Assembly: GCA_964187785.1 (NCBI GenBank)
Contig: OZ076409.1
Location: forward strand, 19,656,001-19,720,000
Reading direction: 5' to 3'
DNA length: 64,000 bases
From: Amphiscolops sp. MND2022
Taxonomy: Eukaryota
Shown: in pieces, positions 1 through 12,570 of the stretch
How the letters are laid out: the number at the start of each line of letters is the position of its first letter
Numbering within the stretch: the stretch's first letter is position 1
Position numbers and translations under genes: made by a program
Notes under the pieces: model-generated
Seen by the model: only the letters and a program-made list of their open reading frames with translations
The model's database searches: none
Told to the model about the DNA's origin: nothing

Positions 1-1190
1 GTCGGCTGGCGATAGAGCGCTATGTTCAGCGGGAACGGCGGTCAAGAATGATTCATTGGAGGGAACCTATTTAGTGAGGTTGAAACCACCTTTTTGTTGC
101 ACACAGCGTTTATTGTCCTTGTGCTGGATGGCTTCTGAGATGGTGTCTGTAGATAGGTAGAAGTCGTCCATATAGAAATTTTCGTAAACGAGGCGCTGAA
201 CGGACGGGTAGTCAGATGCGTGATTCGTGGAGCATGTCTGAAGAGCGTGATTAGCACTTGTAGGCAAACATTTTGCTCCGAAGACATGGCGGACGAACTC
301 GCACATTTCGGGATCATCCTTTCCTCAGAGGAAACGAAGAAATTTTCGATCTTGTGGGCGGACCGAAACTTGCATGTACATTCCTTCGATGTCGGCGGAG
401 ATTGGGAACATCATCTGACGAAAGCGTAAAATGACCCAAACAAGGTTTGCGAGGAGGTCGGGACCTTTGAGGAGCATGTCATTGAGACACGGTCCTTTAT
501 ATTTTGCGGCGGCGTTACATACTCGGCGGAGTTTTGCTTTGGCATGACTATAATCACCATGTCCGGGTATGATCCATCAGTCGGGTAGGAATTTCATGAG
601 ATTCCAGTTTACGAATGTATACTTTTAAATGTCTTTATCAATGGTGTCTTGGTACATGGCGTGTAGGTCGGGTTGTTGCGAGAGGCGATGTTTCATTTTC
701 TTGAACTGTTGGATTGCAGCTGCGAAGTTATTCGGTAGCGAGGCAATGGGGTGCCAGAGAAGATCAACTTCGTGTCGACCATCCTTGAAGGTAGTTGTTT
801 TCTGTAGCGTTGACATAGCGTGTCGTTCTTCTTTAGACATGGTGATTTCAGGCGAAGTGACATAGTTTTCGTTCTTCCAAAAACTTGCGAGGAGATCGCA
901 GAGTTGATCATCGGATGTCGCGGGGGCGTTAATGATTGTGGCACGAAAAGTGAAATGTGATGATGTTTGATTAGGACCGGCGATGGTCCACCCAAGCTTT
1001 GTTTGGATGGCTCGAGGTGAGTTGTTATGTCCTTTGATCACCAGTTCCGGTGTGATGAGGTCGAAGTTGTCTTGACCGAGGATCACTGTATTTGAGTTGT
1101 CGGGTAGAATTGGAAAGCTGACGTCTTCAAGATGTTGATGTTGTTGACAAATTTAGTTTAGTGCTTGTGGTTCAGATGAATTGAGATTAA
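1..1190 (-). mobile_element. BEL/Pao LTR retrotransposon fragment (protease-linker-RT), degenerate, runs off the window edge
   Basis: ORF 625-1086 has the Pao-type motifs ILGQDNFDLI...AIQTKLGWTIAGP and 'DGRHEVDLLW...LPNNFAAA'. ORF 67-306 has the RT motif NFYMDDFYLS followed by GGFNLTK. Frameshifts and deletions separate them. Confidence 0.85.
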
Positions 1191-2727
1191 GGTGATCCAT
1201 AACAAAAATGTTATGGAGGTTGAAATACCCCCCGTAACACCTATGCCCTCCTTGTGTGTTTCGAGAGCTCACCAGTTTCAGAATCGAACGAACTGCCAAA
1301 GAAACAATCATCTGATGCAACCTAACCTTCTGATATTGGCGCCACTTTTCAGAATCAAAACGCGATTAGTCCTTATATTATGTTTAAGAATGGCTACTGA
1401 CAAAGTTTTGAAAAATTCTCGGTTTGGAAAAATCCGAAGAGGTCCTTCAGGTTCTTAAACCTAATTCTCTAATTCAAAACATTATATAACAAAACGTTAA
1501 TGAAGAGTGCTAAACAACCCTAAGATCGACCAATTGCCTTCTTCTACCTTCGCAGGCGTAAAAACTGTCAGCAACTCATGTTACCGGACATCGTGAACAA
1601 AGTCTGTACAAAGTGGACAACTCAGATGCATTCTGTGATCTGGCGAAAAAAAACTGACAAGTCGTTTCCTGCATTAACTGCCAAAGTGTTTGGTGTTCCT
1701 TCAGTATAGAAACGCCGCTTTTTGCAGTGTATACAAAAATTCGTATTTTGGTAATACAAATAGTCACCAAGCCGAGAACGGCCCCAATTGGCACCTCACT
1801 CAAGTGAGGAAAACACAAAGTCCTTCAATTTATTTCAGAATCTTCTTTTGAGAAATGTTTAAACTAATGCACTGTCCCGAAGAAATTGCAAGGGGACCTC
1901 ATAGGGTCATCTTTGCTTCCTCGTGGTTCCTCTGGACCCTTTCTAATTTCGTAAAATAAAAACAGGTTTCGATGGGACCGTTTGAATTTGTTTTCGCTCA
2001 GTGCAAAATATATTGTCTCTTATCTCAGTTTTAAAACTACACAATGTATTGAGATTCAGGATGTGATAGCTTGGTTGATATAATATGCTGTGACATAATA
2101 GGTGCGCTGATTGAGCCGCAGTTGACGACGGTTTTTTTTGTTTTTATCTACATTTCTTCGCTTTTTCCTTGAAATTTTTGGCAAGATCTTGCAAGGCCGT
2201 TCATATTCTTGCCGCTCTCGATAAGAATCTTGCCAAGATTCTTACCAAGGGTTTCATGAAAATGCAAGATTTTTGTCACAAGCTTCAAGAATTTTCACAC
2301 TGGTCGGCTTCTATTTGACAGAACATGACGTACCAAGAAGCTGAACAATTCGAACAAAATATGGATTTTTTGTGAGGCTAAAAAAACAAGCTGGGAGTAG
2401 CGCAAATGGATGGCGCGCTTAAGGTTCAAAAAGGCGCAATACTTTTAAATAAGTACTTAAAAAAACCATCGTACTTTAAAACGAATTTTCAAATCAAAAC
2501 AATGAACTTCAGTGAAATGAAAACTTTTTGAAACAATTCAAAACCACAACGAGAATTATACTCTACTGTCTAGCAAAGTACAATAGTCTGATCTACATTC
2601 AGCTTCACGACGACATGAAACCATTGACGAAGTTGAAGAAATTGAATAAAAAAGCGGACACTTCGATGTGATCCTGAAAAAAATAAGTCAGTGTAATAGT
2701 CTGCTCTTTTTCTTCAAAATGTTGTTT

Positions 2728-3511
2728 TGTAGCGACAAGCTCTCACCATTGTCGCCGTAGCCATAAGAGTAGGAGGAACACATGGCATGGGTATTTGCCC
2801 GGGACAGGCGCCCATGGCCATGAGTCCATTTTGCCTCCTTCGGGTAAAAACTGTCCCGTCAGAGGAGGATTCCGCTTCTTATGAAGTGCTCGCCGGCCTG
2901 TTCCAGTCTGTAATTGCTATCAGTAACGCGAATTACGCTTTTTCTTCGAAACCAACGCTTAGACAGCCTTTAAAAACGTTCCAAAAGGAAATTATGTTAA
3001 ATGTTCGTTTTTCAGGGTGACTTGGGGAATAATATCTAAAATTGCGGAATAAGATCTAAAGTTATCAAAGTAGCCATAAACTTACAACAATGTACAGCAA
3101 TCTACAGCAATCTCGTCCACAACAGCAATTTGGCAACATCCACATCCAGCCCGGAAGCTAGGGCACCACCGGCACAGATTTGTGAATTCGACGGAAAGAC
3201 TCATTTTCACGGTCCTCGCTACTTAAGGTAGCATACTGCTGAAATCAAGGTTAGCACCTTCAAAAGAGTCTCATTTCAGAGGTTTTTGCAGTCTCTGGCG
3301 TCTGTTCGGGCGGCTAGCCTTATGTTTTTTTTCGATCTTCGCTCTTTGTTGTCGAAGTACCTGCCAATTTTGTTGAAACAGCGAAAAGAGCAATCACATG
3401 CTCAGTGCCACGTCAAACATCGAATTAGAATTTTTCAGAAATTTTCTGAACATGTTCAAATCCAAAATTCCAATATCGACTAATTTTGCTGTCTCAGAGG
3501 GTGCCATTACA
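2728..3511 (-). repeat. 3' LTR (~780 bp)
   Basis: Near-identical (roughly 97% by eye, one short indel) to 10501-11278. Starts TGTAGCGACAAG and ends CCATTACA on +. The left boundary may extend to TGTTG at 2720. Confidence 0.85.
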
Positions 3512-3519
3512 TACTCCCC
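3512..3519 (-). promoter_or_regulatory. Polypurine tract
   Basis: The - strand reads GGGGAGTA|TGTAATGG into the LTR (translates 'GEYV'), a junction typical of BEL/Pao-type elements. Confidence 0.65.
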
Positions 3520-4608
3520 GGACTTTATGCATGACGTCCCTGTCATGCGGGGTGGTTGGCATTGAAGACATCTCCACATCAACTTTGCTATCCATTGGGA
3601 GTTAAAACTGGTGATTTTGTATCGGTCTTGTGGCATAATCATCTTTTGCTGTTTGGGCAACATTGAGATTATGTTTCTTGCCATGTATTGAGCCTGCATC
3701 ATCTACTGGTTACTGTTACTGGAGCAAACCCTGGGGCTAGAAAACGAGCACTCAAAAATGCACCTTCAAACAAATCAAAACCAATACTCTATATATCAAT
3801 CTCAGAGCATCATTTGGTTGGCAAACGTTTTCTGCACTAAGTTCAAATAGGATCTTGATAGCACTGATGTTTATGTGGTTTAGGAATTTTTTTGGAGCCC
3901 CGGGGCTCTGTGGCGCGGTTTCTTTCAAAAACTTCTTTTCTACGCCAGTAAAAAATCAGTCTGCAGAACAGTTAAAAATTGTTTTCGGAAAAACTTATTT
4001 CAGCGGAAAGACCACTGTTTAAAAGGAAAACAAGCTGTTTTTTGATACCTTTTTTTACAGTTCGGCTTGGTCTGGGCAACACGCACTGATGTGTAGCTCC
4101 ATCCCTGTATAAAGTTCAGTAGCATCTGTCGAGGAGCGCAACAAAAGCAAACTACGAACTGCTCATAAGCGTAAGCACTGGAGTAAAGTAGGCAAAAATA
4201 GACGGTATCCTGCAATTCAGATATCTGGAGCGCGCGAGCGCTGTATTTTTTGAATATTATATCACACCCTTGATGAAAAACACTGAAAACTTAGAGGAAA
4301 AATACGCGAAAACAAAAAAATATATCACCATTGGGCAAACCAATGCATGTAGAGTTTTTTTACGTATTACATTTTTGTTGAAGTTTTCTGAAAGACAACT
4401 TCTCGAAGAGGCACAAAAACAAAAAAATTGATGACGTTTACATGACAAAAACTAAAAACTTGGCGTCAAGTTTGAGAACTAGCTACTTGAAGAAGAGCAT
4501 CACGCTGTCAAGTATCCATCACCGAAAGTAGTGATGCCCTCAGGGCGTTTTCCGCTTGAATTGAGGTTGAAGGAGGTGTTACTATTCTCCACTGGTGCTC
4601 CCCAGGCC

Positions 4609-5853
4609 TTAGTCAACTCCACGGACCTTAATCATTGAGCATCCTCTTTCACATGAGGATAGATAAGAATGGACGAATTTGAATGCCCAACACAAAATTT
4701 GCAGAATGATAAGTTGATCTTTGACGACACATCCTCCCCCCTTGAAAAGAAAAGAAGTGTAAGTCGGGTTGTGGATAGGCATCTTTTTTTGATAGCAGCA
4801 GGACATGCAAAAGGCATGAGACATCAGGAAATCCAAAAGAGATGAATATGGGTATCTGTCTGTCTCAAAATTGGGATAGATGTTCGGAGGACGGCCACGT
4901 CTACGCCCCTTCGGTCGGTGTGACCATGGTAGTAGAAGGACCAAGCGTGGTGGACGGCCACGGCGGCGTCCGTCATAAAATGAAAGCAGAACTTCTTGCC
5001 ATGAGTGTTCACCAGAAGTTCGCGGTGGTCGACCACGTCTATGTCCAGCTGGCCAAGATTTGGTTGAGCCACTATGCAACTATTTGAGAAAGATTGGCTG
5101 GTCCACCTGAATATAATCCTGTAGACCACGTTTAGCAGAAGGTGGCTCAAAAGAAGATTTTAACAAATTCGGCAGCAACTGCGAAGTTAATAATAGGGAC
5201 TTTGTTCCATGGAAGTGAGAGTTGCTTACAGAATCTGTTGGATCTGTCGATAGTTGGTCTTCAAGGTTTGGTGTTGAGGCTGTTTTAGCTTCCAACACTG
5301 CTTTGGCAGGAAGAATCCTCGTTCCACAATTTGTTTCAGAGCGAGCATTTGGAAATGGGGGCACATCCAAAGATAGTGGGTCTGCCACCATGTCTTTTGC
5401 AGGCGATGTCATTGTTTCTGTTTCTGCGTCGTTCGGAGTATTGATAATGGCAGTTTTGAGGTGAATCGGGCCTTGCAAATCTGCGTTTATCGTCTGCATT
5501 TGTGCTAGCACTCGTGCTAACACTTTTTCCCTACGTATATCACTTTGTGCCAGCCAGACTGATACCTCATTCATTTGCTGTTCTAGGGCCTCCCATTTCA
5601 GGTCCTGTGTCTTTTCGATCAGAATACTGGTTCTATGGAGAAAACATATGTTCGCCGACGATACTGAACTAGGACTGGAAGCCCTTTTGTCATTCTCCTG
5701 CTCGGTACACTGAGAGTTACATGGCATGGTGTTTAAGAAATCGGAGACAAGTTTGAAACTATCCTCCAAAGGCCAGTCTTCCAAGGTCAGATCCTCTAAC
5801 GTCATTGATCGGTCAAGCTCATCTGATATTTGGTTTCCATTCTCCACCTTCAC
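4609..5853 (-). pseudogene. Internal ORF of the LTR element: ~415 codons in one frame, split by one TAG, with three AT-hook-like motifs
   Basis: ORFs 5853-5080 and 5079-4609 abut in the same frame. The C-terminal part has HRRGRPPR, GRRRGRPPR and KGRRRGRPPN. The N-terminal part has a helical/coiled-coil-like stretch (LKWEALEQQMNEV...RREKVLARVLAQMQ). Confidence 0.5.
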
Positions 5854-6799
5854 AACTGGTTTATCATTTGGTTGTGTTGCATTGGCACGGGTCCCCCTTT
5901 AAAAAAGGAACGTAGACGGTGGAAGACCTTCCAACGTTTCATCTCAGCTTTAGAGTCTCCCAACTGCTGTACTAGAACTACCTGTGCTCCCAAGTTCAGT
6001 GTCAGGGTCAAAGTCAAGAAAAGTTCTAGCAATCACAGCGTGCTGAAAACCACGCAACACTTTGCACACTGCTCTATGGGCTGGAAGCTGTTTCTTTTGA
6101 GCAAATTGCTGCAGCAATGTTGGATAGTCTGCACCAAACAAATTGTCGAGCTGTCTGTTCACCTCCCAATCTCAATGAAGTTTTGTAGGTTGCAATTACC
6201 AAAATTTGTTCTCTGCACTACTGACGTGATATTCGGTGTTGATGCTACTTGATACTGCGGAATAACACCAAATCGGGGCAAAAAAGCGATAACCAAGGTT
6301 TTACACTGGAGCAGTCCCGCAAAACTTTCGTCGCGAGGAGGCCATTCTTCTCAAAATCACGTGATTTTGGTTGAGTATGTTCCCCCAGGGTCCTTTTTTG
6401 CCGTTCAAAACCCTGTGCAGTCTTCTAGGGTGACGTATAAAGGGCGTTTATTGGCAAAATGTATCCCAGGGTGCCCTTAGGTTCTTAATGATTTCCGATT
6501 TGAGCTCTGCAAAAATCAAAATTCGATGTTTCAGGGTTGTCGAAAAATTATGACCCCTGCCGGCAATTTTTTTGAACCGTGAAATTCGCCTCGTTTGCTC
6601 ACGGGGAGGCCTACTAGGTCCGTACTGTTGAAAAATGAGCGCTTTTTGTCCCTGCCTTTGGTAGAGCGGGAGAATTACTGGTTTACAATGTCAGTTTTTT
6701 GATGGTTTTTCAGGGGTCCTTACTGAAGGGCGTTTCTGAAAATAGTCAAAAACGGTACCAGCAGTCGTAGCTTGCCAAAAATCACACAACACGTTCTGT

Positions 6800-8900
6800 C
6801 AGACACACAAGATGGAAAATGAACCTCCGGAAGCAAAAATGTACTTCCAGAGTCGCGATAGGGGCTTTTTCAAGGGTTTTTTTGAAATTTCACATTTTTT
6901 TGAAAAACACTCAAGTGGTTCGCAAAAACACTGGAAATGTAGGATCGGGTTCAAAATTGGTCACACAGTCCCACAAACAGCTAGGTACACTGCATCAATC
7001 ACCAATTGGAGCTCGAACTACTAGGTGAGAAATAGATCTGTTCCTGATATTACGTATCACTGTGTCTCAATTGACAAGGTTTTTCAAATACAATCAAAGA
7101 CTCTGAGCTCGCTGCCCCACTTTTTCAGCAACGAGGCACTAGCAGACACTGATACCAATAGTCCCGACTTTCCAATAGGGGGCGTCAACAGTTCCAAAAA
7201 TGTTCCAACTCGTCACAATACCCAGGATGTCTCAACAAAGAGTAGCAAAAAATATGATTCAACGTAGCAACACACTCAATATTGACCAAAATACACACAA
7301 AGAGCAACAGGTTCACGACAAGCAGTTCACAGTAGGGGTATCCAATAGGTTTCCAACACGTATCCCAGGCTTTTAACCCACTTTCCCAATTTTCGTCTCG
7401 GTGAAACTTTAAACTGAAGCAATGAATATGCACGTCCGAGAAGTGTCGAAATTGCTTCCAAGAGTCGTATGATGTTGAAAAGTATACAGCAGTTCAGGTT
7501 TGATGCACCGTTCTAAAAAGAGTGTCCAGAATTGGGATATTAGGCTCCAGTGATAGGTCAGAGAGATTTTTCTTAATTTTTTGATTTTTCAAATTCTCTT
7601 GAAACGAACGTAAGTGACTAGCGCTCGCGCTAGAAACGTACGATCAACTTTAAAATCTGTCACACAATCCCACGTATAATGAGGTACACCGGAATAATCG
7701 TCGATTTGAGCTAGGGTGACTAGGTGAGATTTCAACACAGTACAGACGTTCGGTTTCATTGTGTTCCAAGATACACTGTTTTTCACGTGTCAACCAAGAT
7801 CCCGGTCCACTGCGAAGAGTTCTCAAGCTTGTTCTTTCGGCACGGATACAACAATTTGCACTGATTGTGATAGAGAGCAGCGATTTGGCCCCACTTTTTG
7901 ACTAGGGTGTCCAGACAATCCCACAAAACTTCAAAACAATTGCCTTCTTGCGCCTTTTTGAACAGTTTGTTTTCGTCAACTTCTCAACGAATACTGTATC
8001 AACCGACATCAACCTTAGCAGGCGCTGCCAAAAGGCACCCACAAGGGTGTTCCAGGAGTCAGATAAAAGTTGGTTGACTCACGGGGGTCTCCTCGAAAAT
8101 TTAGTCCTCTGCTCATCTCGGTGAGGACTTAAGCAAAATGACACCTTTTAGTGTCCCAGATTTTCAGAAACACGTTTTAAGGCTCGTAGGCCGTTCGTAC
8201 TTGCACAGCGCCTTCTCACGAGTACACTGGGCCAGAAAATCAACCTGGTTTGAGATGTTTTATCTCCAGGCACTAACAGGACACTTTTACAAGAATTTTG
8301 AATTTTTTCTGAAATTCCGTGAAAACACTCAAGTGGCTCGTGTATGCACCAGATGCGTCGGATCGAGCCCAAAATAGACCAGTAGATCTAAGATACACGT
8401 AGGTTTACGGCAATGAACACAGTTTTGAGCTGCGCTTCCTCTACACAACTTCACTTAGGTACGGACGTGCGGTATCACTATGTGCCAAATTACACTGTTT
8501 TTCACGCCTATTTCAAGATTGCGATCCACTGGAGAAAGCTAGCGAGCCTAAGACTTCTGCGACAAGGTGAAAACTAGCACACGTTACGATGGTGGGTAGC
8601 AATTTGACCCCACCCTTCGGCTAAGGTGCCTGGGTTACTCGGAAAAAATTCGAAAAAACAGGCTTTTTGCACTCCTTTTTGTTTGCAACGTTTTTGCTAT
8701 TTTCTCCACAAGTACCGCACAGATTGACACAAAACTTGGTAGTCTATGCCAGTGAGCGTCCACAATGCCAATGAAGTGCTCAAATTGAAGCGCGGACGCT
8801 TATTTGAGGTTTCGACTTTGTTTGGACACTGCTCACGAAAAAACACTGTTTTTGACTACTTTTTTCACAAATTGACTAAGAGGATCATCTCAGAAAGCAA
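6800..8900. repeat. Three highly diverged ~720-bp tandem units inside the LTR element
   Basis: Anchors recur at ~720-bp spacing: aaaacactcaagtgg (~6904, ~8322; variant ~7605), ctaggtgaga (~7021, ~7720), tacactgtttttcacg (~7772, ~8491), tctcggtga (~7396, ~8116), cccc(a/g)acttt/ccccaccctt (~7163, ~7889, ~8608). Confidence 0.7.
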
Positions 8901-10466
8901 TACGGCAGGCAGAACGGGACCAAAGTGTTGCCTAACTATCCGTAGCACTGGGATAAACCTTCAATTAGCTGTGCCCGTTAGGTATAAGGCAGCGACAGTT
9001 CTGCAGTTTTGGATGTTTTTTGCCTTTTTTTGCTTTCTGAGGTCGAGACGTCAGAGAGCTTTTCTCAACCTTGGTGAACGTTACGCTCACCAAATTTTCG
9101 GCACTAGCGTTTATTTTAGTGGTGATTACGGAAATGTAACCAATTTTTGGCTAGGGTTCAGGATTCAATGGCCCGACCCTCAGAGGCAGTCCGGATTAAC
9201 AAAAAATTAGGGGTTTTCAGTGCGTTTTTCAGCTAGTTTTTTGACGCGGTTTTCGCTCTCACACGTTATTTTTACTATAAAAACAGGAAATGAGAGTTCG
9301 GAAGCTCCTAGCTAACAAAAAGACAGAGTGCCCAGGGGGTTTTGATTGTGTACCCAGACACTCCTGAAACTGACCAAAAATCAAGGTTTTTCAAATTTTG
9401 TCTTTTACGAAGACGAAAAAATCCTGTTCAAACGTTATTTTCTGTGCCGTGGAAGGTGCCCCAAGTTTTTAGCAGCACGGGGGAGGCAAATACAATGCTA
9501 GACGGTACTCCCCCAGTGACATTTCTAAGTGGTTTTTTGCCAAAATCACAAACAAACGGGTTTTTCCATACAAAATGCGTCTGAAAAAGTGCTCCAACGG
9601 CTATTTTGGTTATCACAGCACTATGTATGAAACGTCTCAAGGTCTTGAGCTACTTTTCATTCATTTTTGCAACTGCTGTGGTTGATACCCAGAGCGCTCG
9701 CGCTCGTACCAAGAAAAGTGTCAAAAAAGCCTAAATTGACGTTTTTTTTGCTACTTTTGCTCGAAAAATCGCTCTTTTTCCATGAAAACAGGCTCAAAAA
9801 CACACCCTGAGTTGCAATAGGGGACAACTTACATGGCCAAACGATTCCCCACGAAAAAATAAGCAATCAAAAAAAAATTATACCATACTCCAAAAAACCG
9901 AGTCTTCGGGCATCAGGAGTGGTACCTTCGCCGTCTTTTTTCTCTACACCCAGACCAGCCAGAGACAAACAGTTTGGACCCTCGAAAACGTCAACACTTG
10001 CTCTACGTTTCCACCAAAAACCATCCCTCTAGGACGTCTCGAGGAGAAATGGGAAGGGAGAGTCGGGAACACTCGTTTCGCCTCTTCTATCGGGCGGGTG
10101 GAGTATGGCGCATTCTCTCGTACATAAGCGCAAATCACTGAAAACAGCTAGAAAAACCGGTTAAACACCAGTAGCGACGTGCTACTGTCTTCTGCGTTTT
10201 GTCAGAGGACCCGTTGATGGGAACCGTGCTATTTTAGACAGTGCCTGTCAACAAATACCTGTTACAATAACTATCACCATCGTATTTGGAAAAGTCACCT
10301 GAAAAACGGACAAAAAACCTGTCACAGAAAACCTGTCAGTACATCAAACTCTAAAAATGAAAGAAAAACTCTGCGTAAACATCTCCAACCAGAGCCAGGT
10401 CGTACTTGGCATCAATCACCAGAGGGTCGGCTGTTTTAAAACCAATAAAGGAAGCACTTCGAAGCG

Positions 10467-10484
10467 ATCCCTCTGTGATCGCCA
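10467..10484 (-). promoter_or_regulatory. Primer binding site (tRNA 3' end complement, probably tRNA-Arg-like)
   Basis: The + strand reads atccctctgtgatcgCCA, resembling a tRNA T-arm/acceptor 3' end. The - strand reads TGGCGATCACAGAGGGAT, 5-16 nt past the 5' LTR depending on the boundary chosen. Confidence 0.6.
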
Positions 10485-10500
10485 AAAAATGATGTCTCTA

Positions 10501-11278
10501 TGTAGCGACAAGCTCTCACCATTGTCGCCGTAGCCATAAGAGTAGGAGGAACACATGGCATGGGTATTTGCCCGGGACAGGCGCCCATGGCCATGAGTCC
10601 ATTTTGCCTCCTCCGGGTAAAAACTGTCCCGTCAGAGGAGGATTCCGCTTCTTATGAATTGCTCGCCGGCCTGTTCCAGTCTGTAATTGCTATCAGTAAC
10701 GCGAATTACGCTTTTTCTTCGAAACCAACGCTTAGACAGCCTTTGAAAACGTTAGGAAATTATGGTAAATTTTCGTTATTCAGGGTGACTTGGGGAATAA
10801 TATCTAAAATTGCGGAATAAGATCTAAAGTTATCAAAGTAGCCATAAACTTACAACAATGTACAGCAATCTACAGCAATCTCATCCACAACAGCGATTTG
10901 GCAACATCCACATCCAGCTCGGAAGCTGGGGCACCACCGGCACAGATTTGTGAATTAGACGAAAAGACTCATTTTTACGGTCTTCGCTACTTAAGGTAGC
11001 ATACTGCTGAAATCAAGGTTAGCACCTTCAAAAGAGTCTAAATTCAGAGGTTTTTGCAGTCTCTGGCGTCTGTTCGGGCGGCTGGCCTTATGTTTTTTTC
11101 AATCTTCGCTCTTTGTTGTCGCAGTACCTGCCAATTTCGTTGAAACAGCGAAAAAAGCAATCACATGCTCAGTGCCACGTCAAACATCGAATTAGAATTT
11201 TTCAGAAATTTTCTGAACATGTTCAAATCCAAAATTCCAATATCGACTAATTTTGCTGTCTCAGAGGGTGCCATTACA
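10501..11278 (-). repeat. 5' LTR (~780 bp)
   Basis: Partner of 2728-3511 with the same termini. The boundary may extend to TGATG at 10490. Confidence 0.85.
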
Positions 11279-12341
11279 TATCCTTTTATTTTTCTCGTCG
11301 TATAAACTGTTTGTTGTCCCTGTAAATAGCTCAGAACAACTGTCAAAGTACTTTCGTGCATTTGTTGATCTTTTCTGCCAATATAGACTTTGTCGATTTA
11401 CCTGCAAAAAAGGGATTTCTTTCTCCTTCATTCGGTTCAAATGGATGCTAAATGATAGAAATCAATAGTTCACTCTTTCCTGAATCTTATAGTTTATCCT
11501 GTGTTTAGCGATAAATTGATCATATTTTCCTAATTTCCTGAAATGTTAGATAATGTCAATTGGAAACGGAACAACTATTTCCGGCTTGAAGAATCTTGAA
11601 AAAAACGAGCTTTTGTAATTTCCTTTCGAAAATGCAATTATTTTAACATAAATAGCCATGTTTCTTTTCCCTAAAAGGTAATACAAGTTTGGAAGAAATT
11701 AATTTCATGTGGCAATTAAAAACAGCAGCATTCAGAAGGTTAGTCTCATCAGATATTAAAAAAAGCATACATTCTTACTGGTAGTATTTTTAATAGCGAG
11801 TAATTTTTAGTACAGTAACTTAGCTTGATATTCATCTACACATGCAGGAAAAAACAACAGAATGTACGGGAATTTTGAAAGGATACCAGCGGGGAATAGA
11901 CAATGGGAAAAAGGGGGAAAGATGAGAGGGAAAACCAGAGTCTGTATCTTGTACTTATTCAGTTGTGAACCAATTGTTCTTTGTTTTTTTTGCAGCCACC
12001 GCTGCTTCAGCCAGTCATTGTGCCAGTTTCCTTGCCCTTTGCGGTGTTCGTTCGTTTGTTCTACATTACCTCCGCATCTAACTTGTTTTATATCCCTCTG
12101 TAACCCCCATATCCCCTTATATCCCCCTACCAGACAGCGGCAGACAGGCGCTGATTGGTACGAATTTCACATCAGGTGTGCGTCGGAGAGCTTCGTCACA
12201 ATTTTCATTCCAATTCTCTGCTTCCTTGCTCAATTCAGTTGCATTAACGCACATCTTGCACGAATGTATACGGCACAGTAGTCATTAAAAGCATTTCAAG
12301 AATGTATCAAAAGGCGTGAAGACATTTCGTTACAGGTAGAT

Positions 12342-12570
12342 TATCCCCGTTAGATTATCACCTTTTACATTAGTCTTCGTGGGTTATCGTCTTCTATCAT
12401 TAACCTAGTAAGCTGCCTTTTTATTGAACAGCACTTTAAGATTCCACCAAGTCAATATCCCCGTTAGATTATCACCTTTTACATTAGTCTTCGTGGGTTA
12501 TCGTCATCTATCATTAACCTAGTAAGCTGCCTTTTTATTGAACAGCGCTTTAAGATTCCACCAAGTCAAT
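12342..12570. repeat. Tandem duplication, 2 x 114 bp
   Basis: tatccccgttagattatcacc...ccaccaagtcaat occurs at 12342 and 12456 with 2 visible mismatches. Confidence 0.92.

Larger units (their letters stand above)
2728..11278 (-). mobile_element. Non-autonomous LTR retroelement (LARD-like), ~8.55 kb, with paired LTRs, PBS and PPT; no RT/RNase H/integrase recognisable
   Basis: Direct repeats 2728-3511 and 10501-11278 with TGTA...TACA ends. tRNA-3'-like PBS on the - strand at 10484-10467. PPT GGGGAGTA directly before the 3' LTR. No TSD found. Confidence 0.8.

Noticed and set aside
2715..11283. TSD for the 8.5-kb LTR element
   Set aside because: The flanks (tgttt or caaaa vs tatcc) do not match for either boundary choice.
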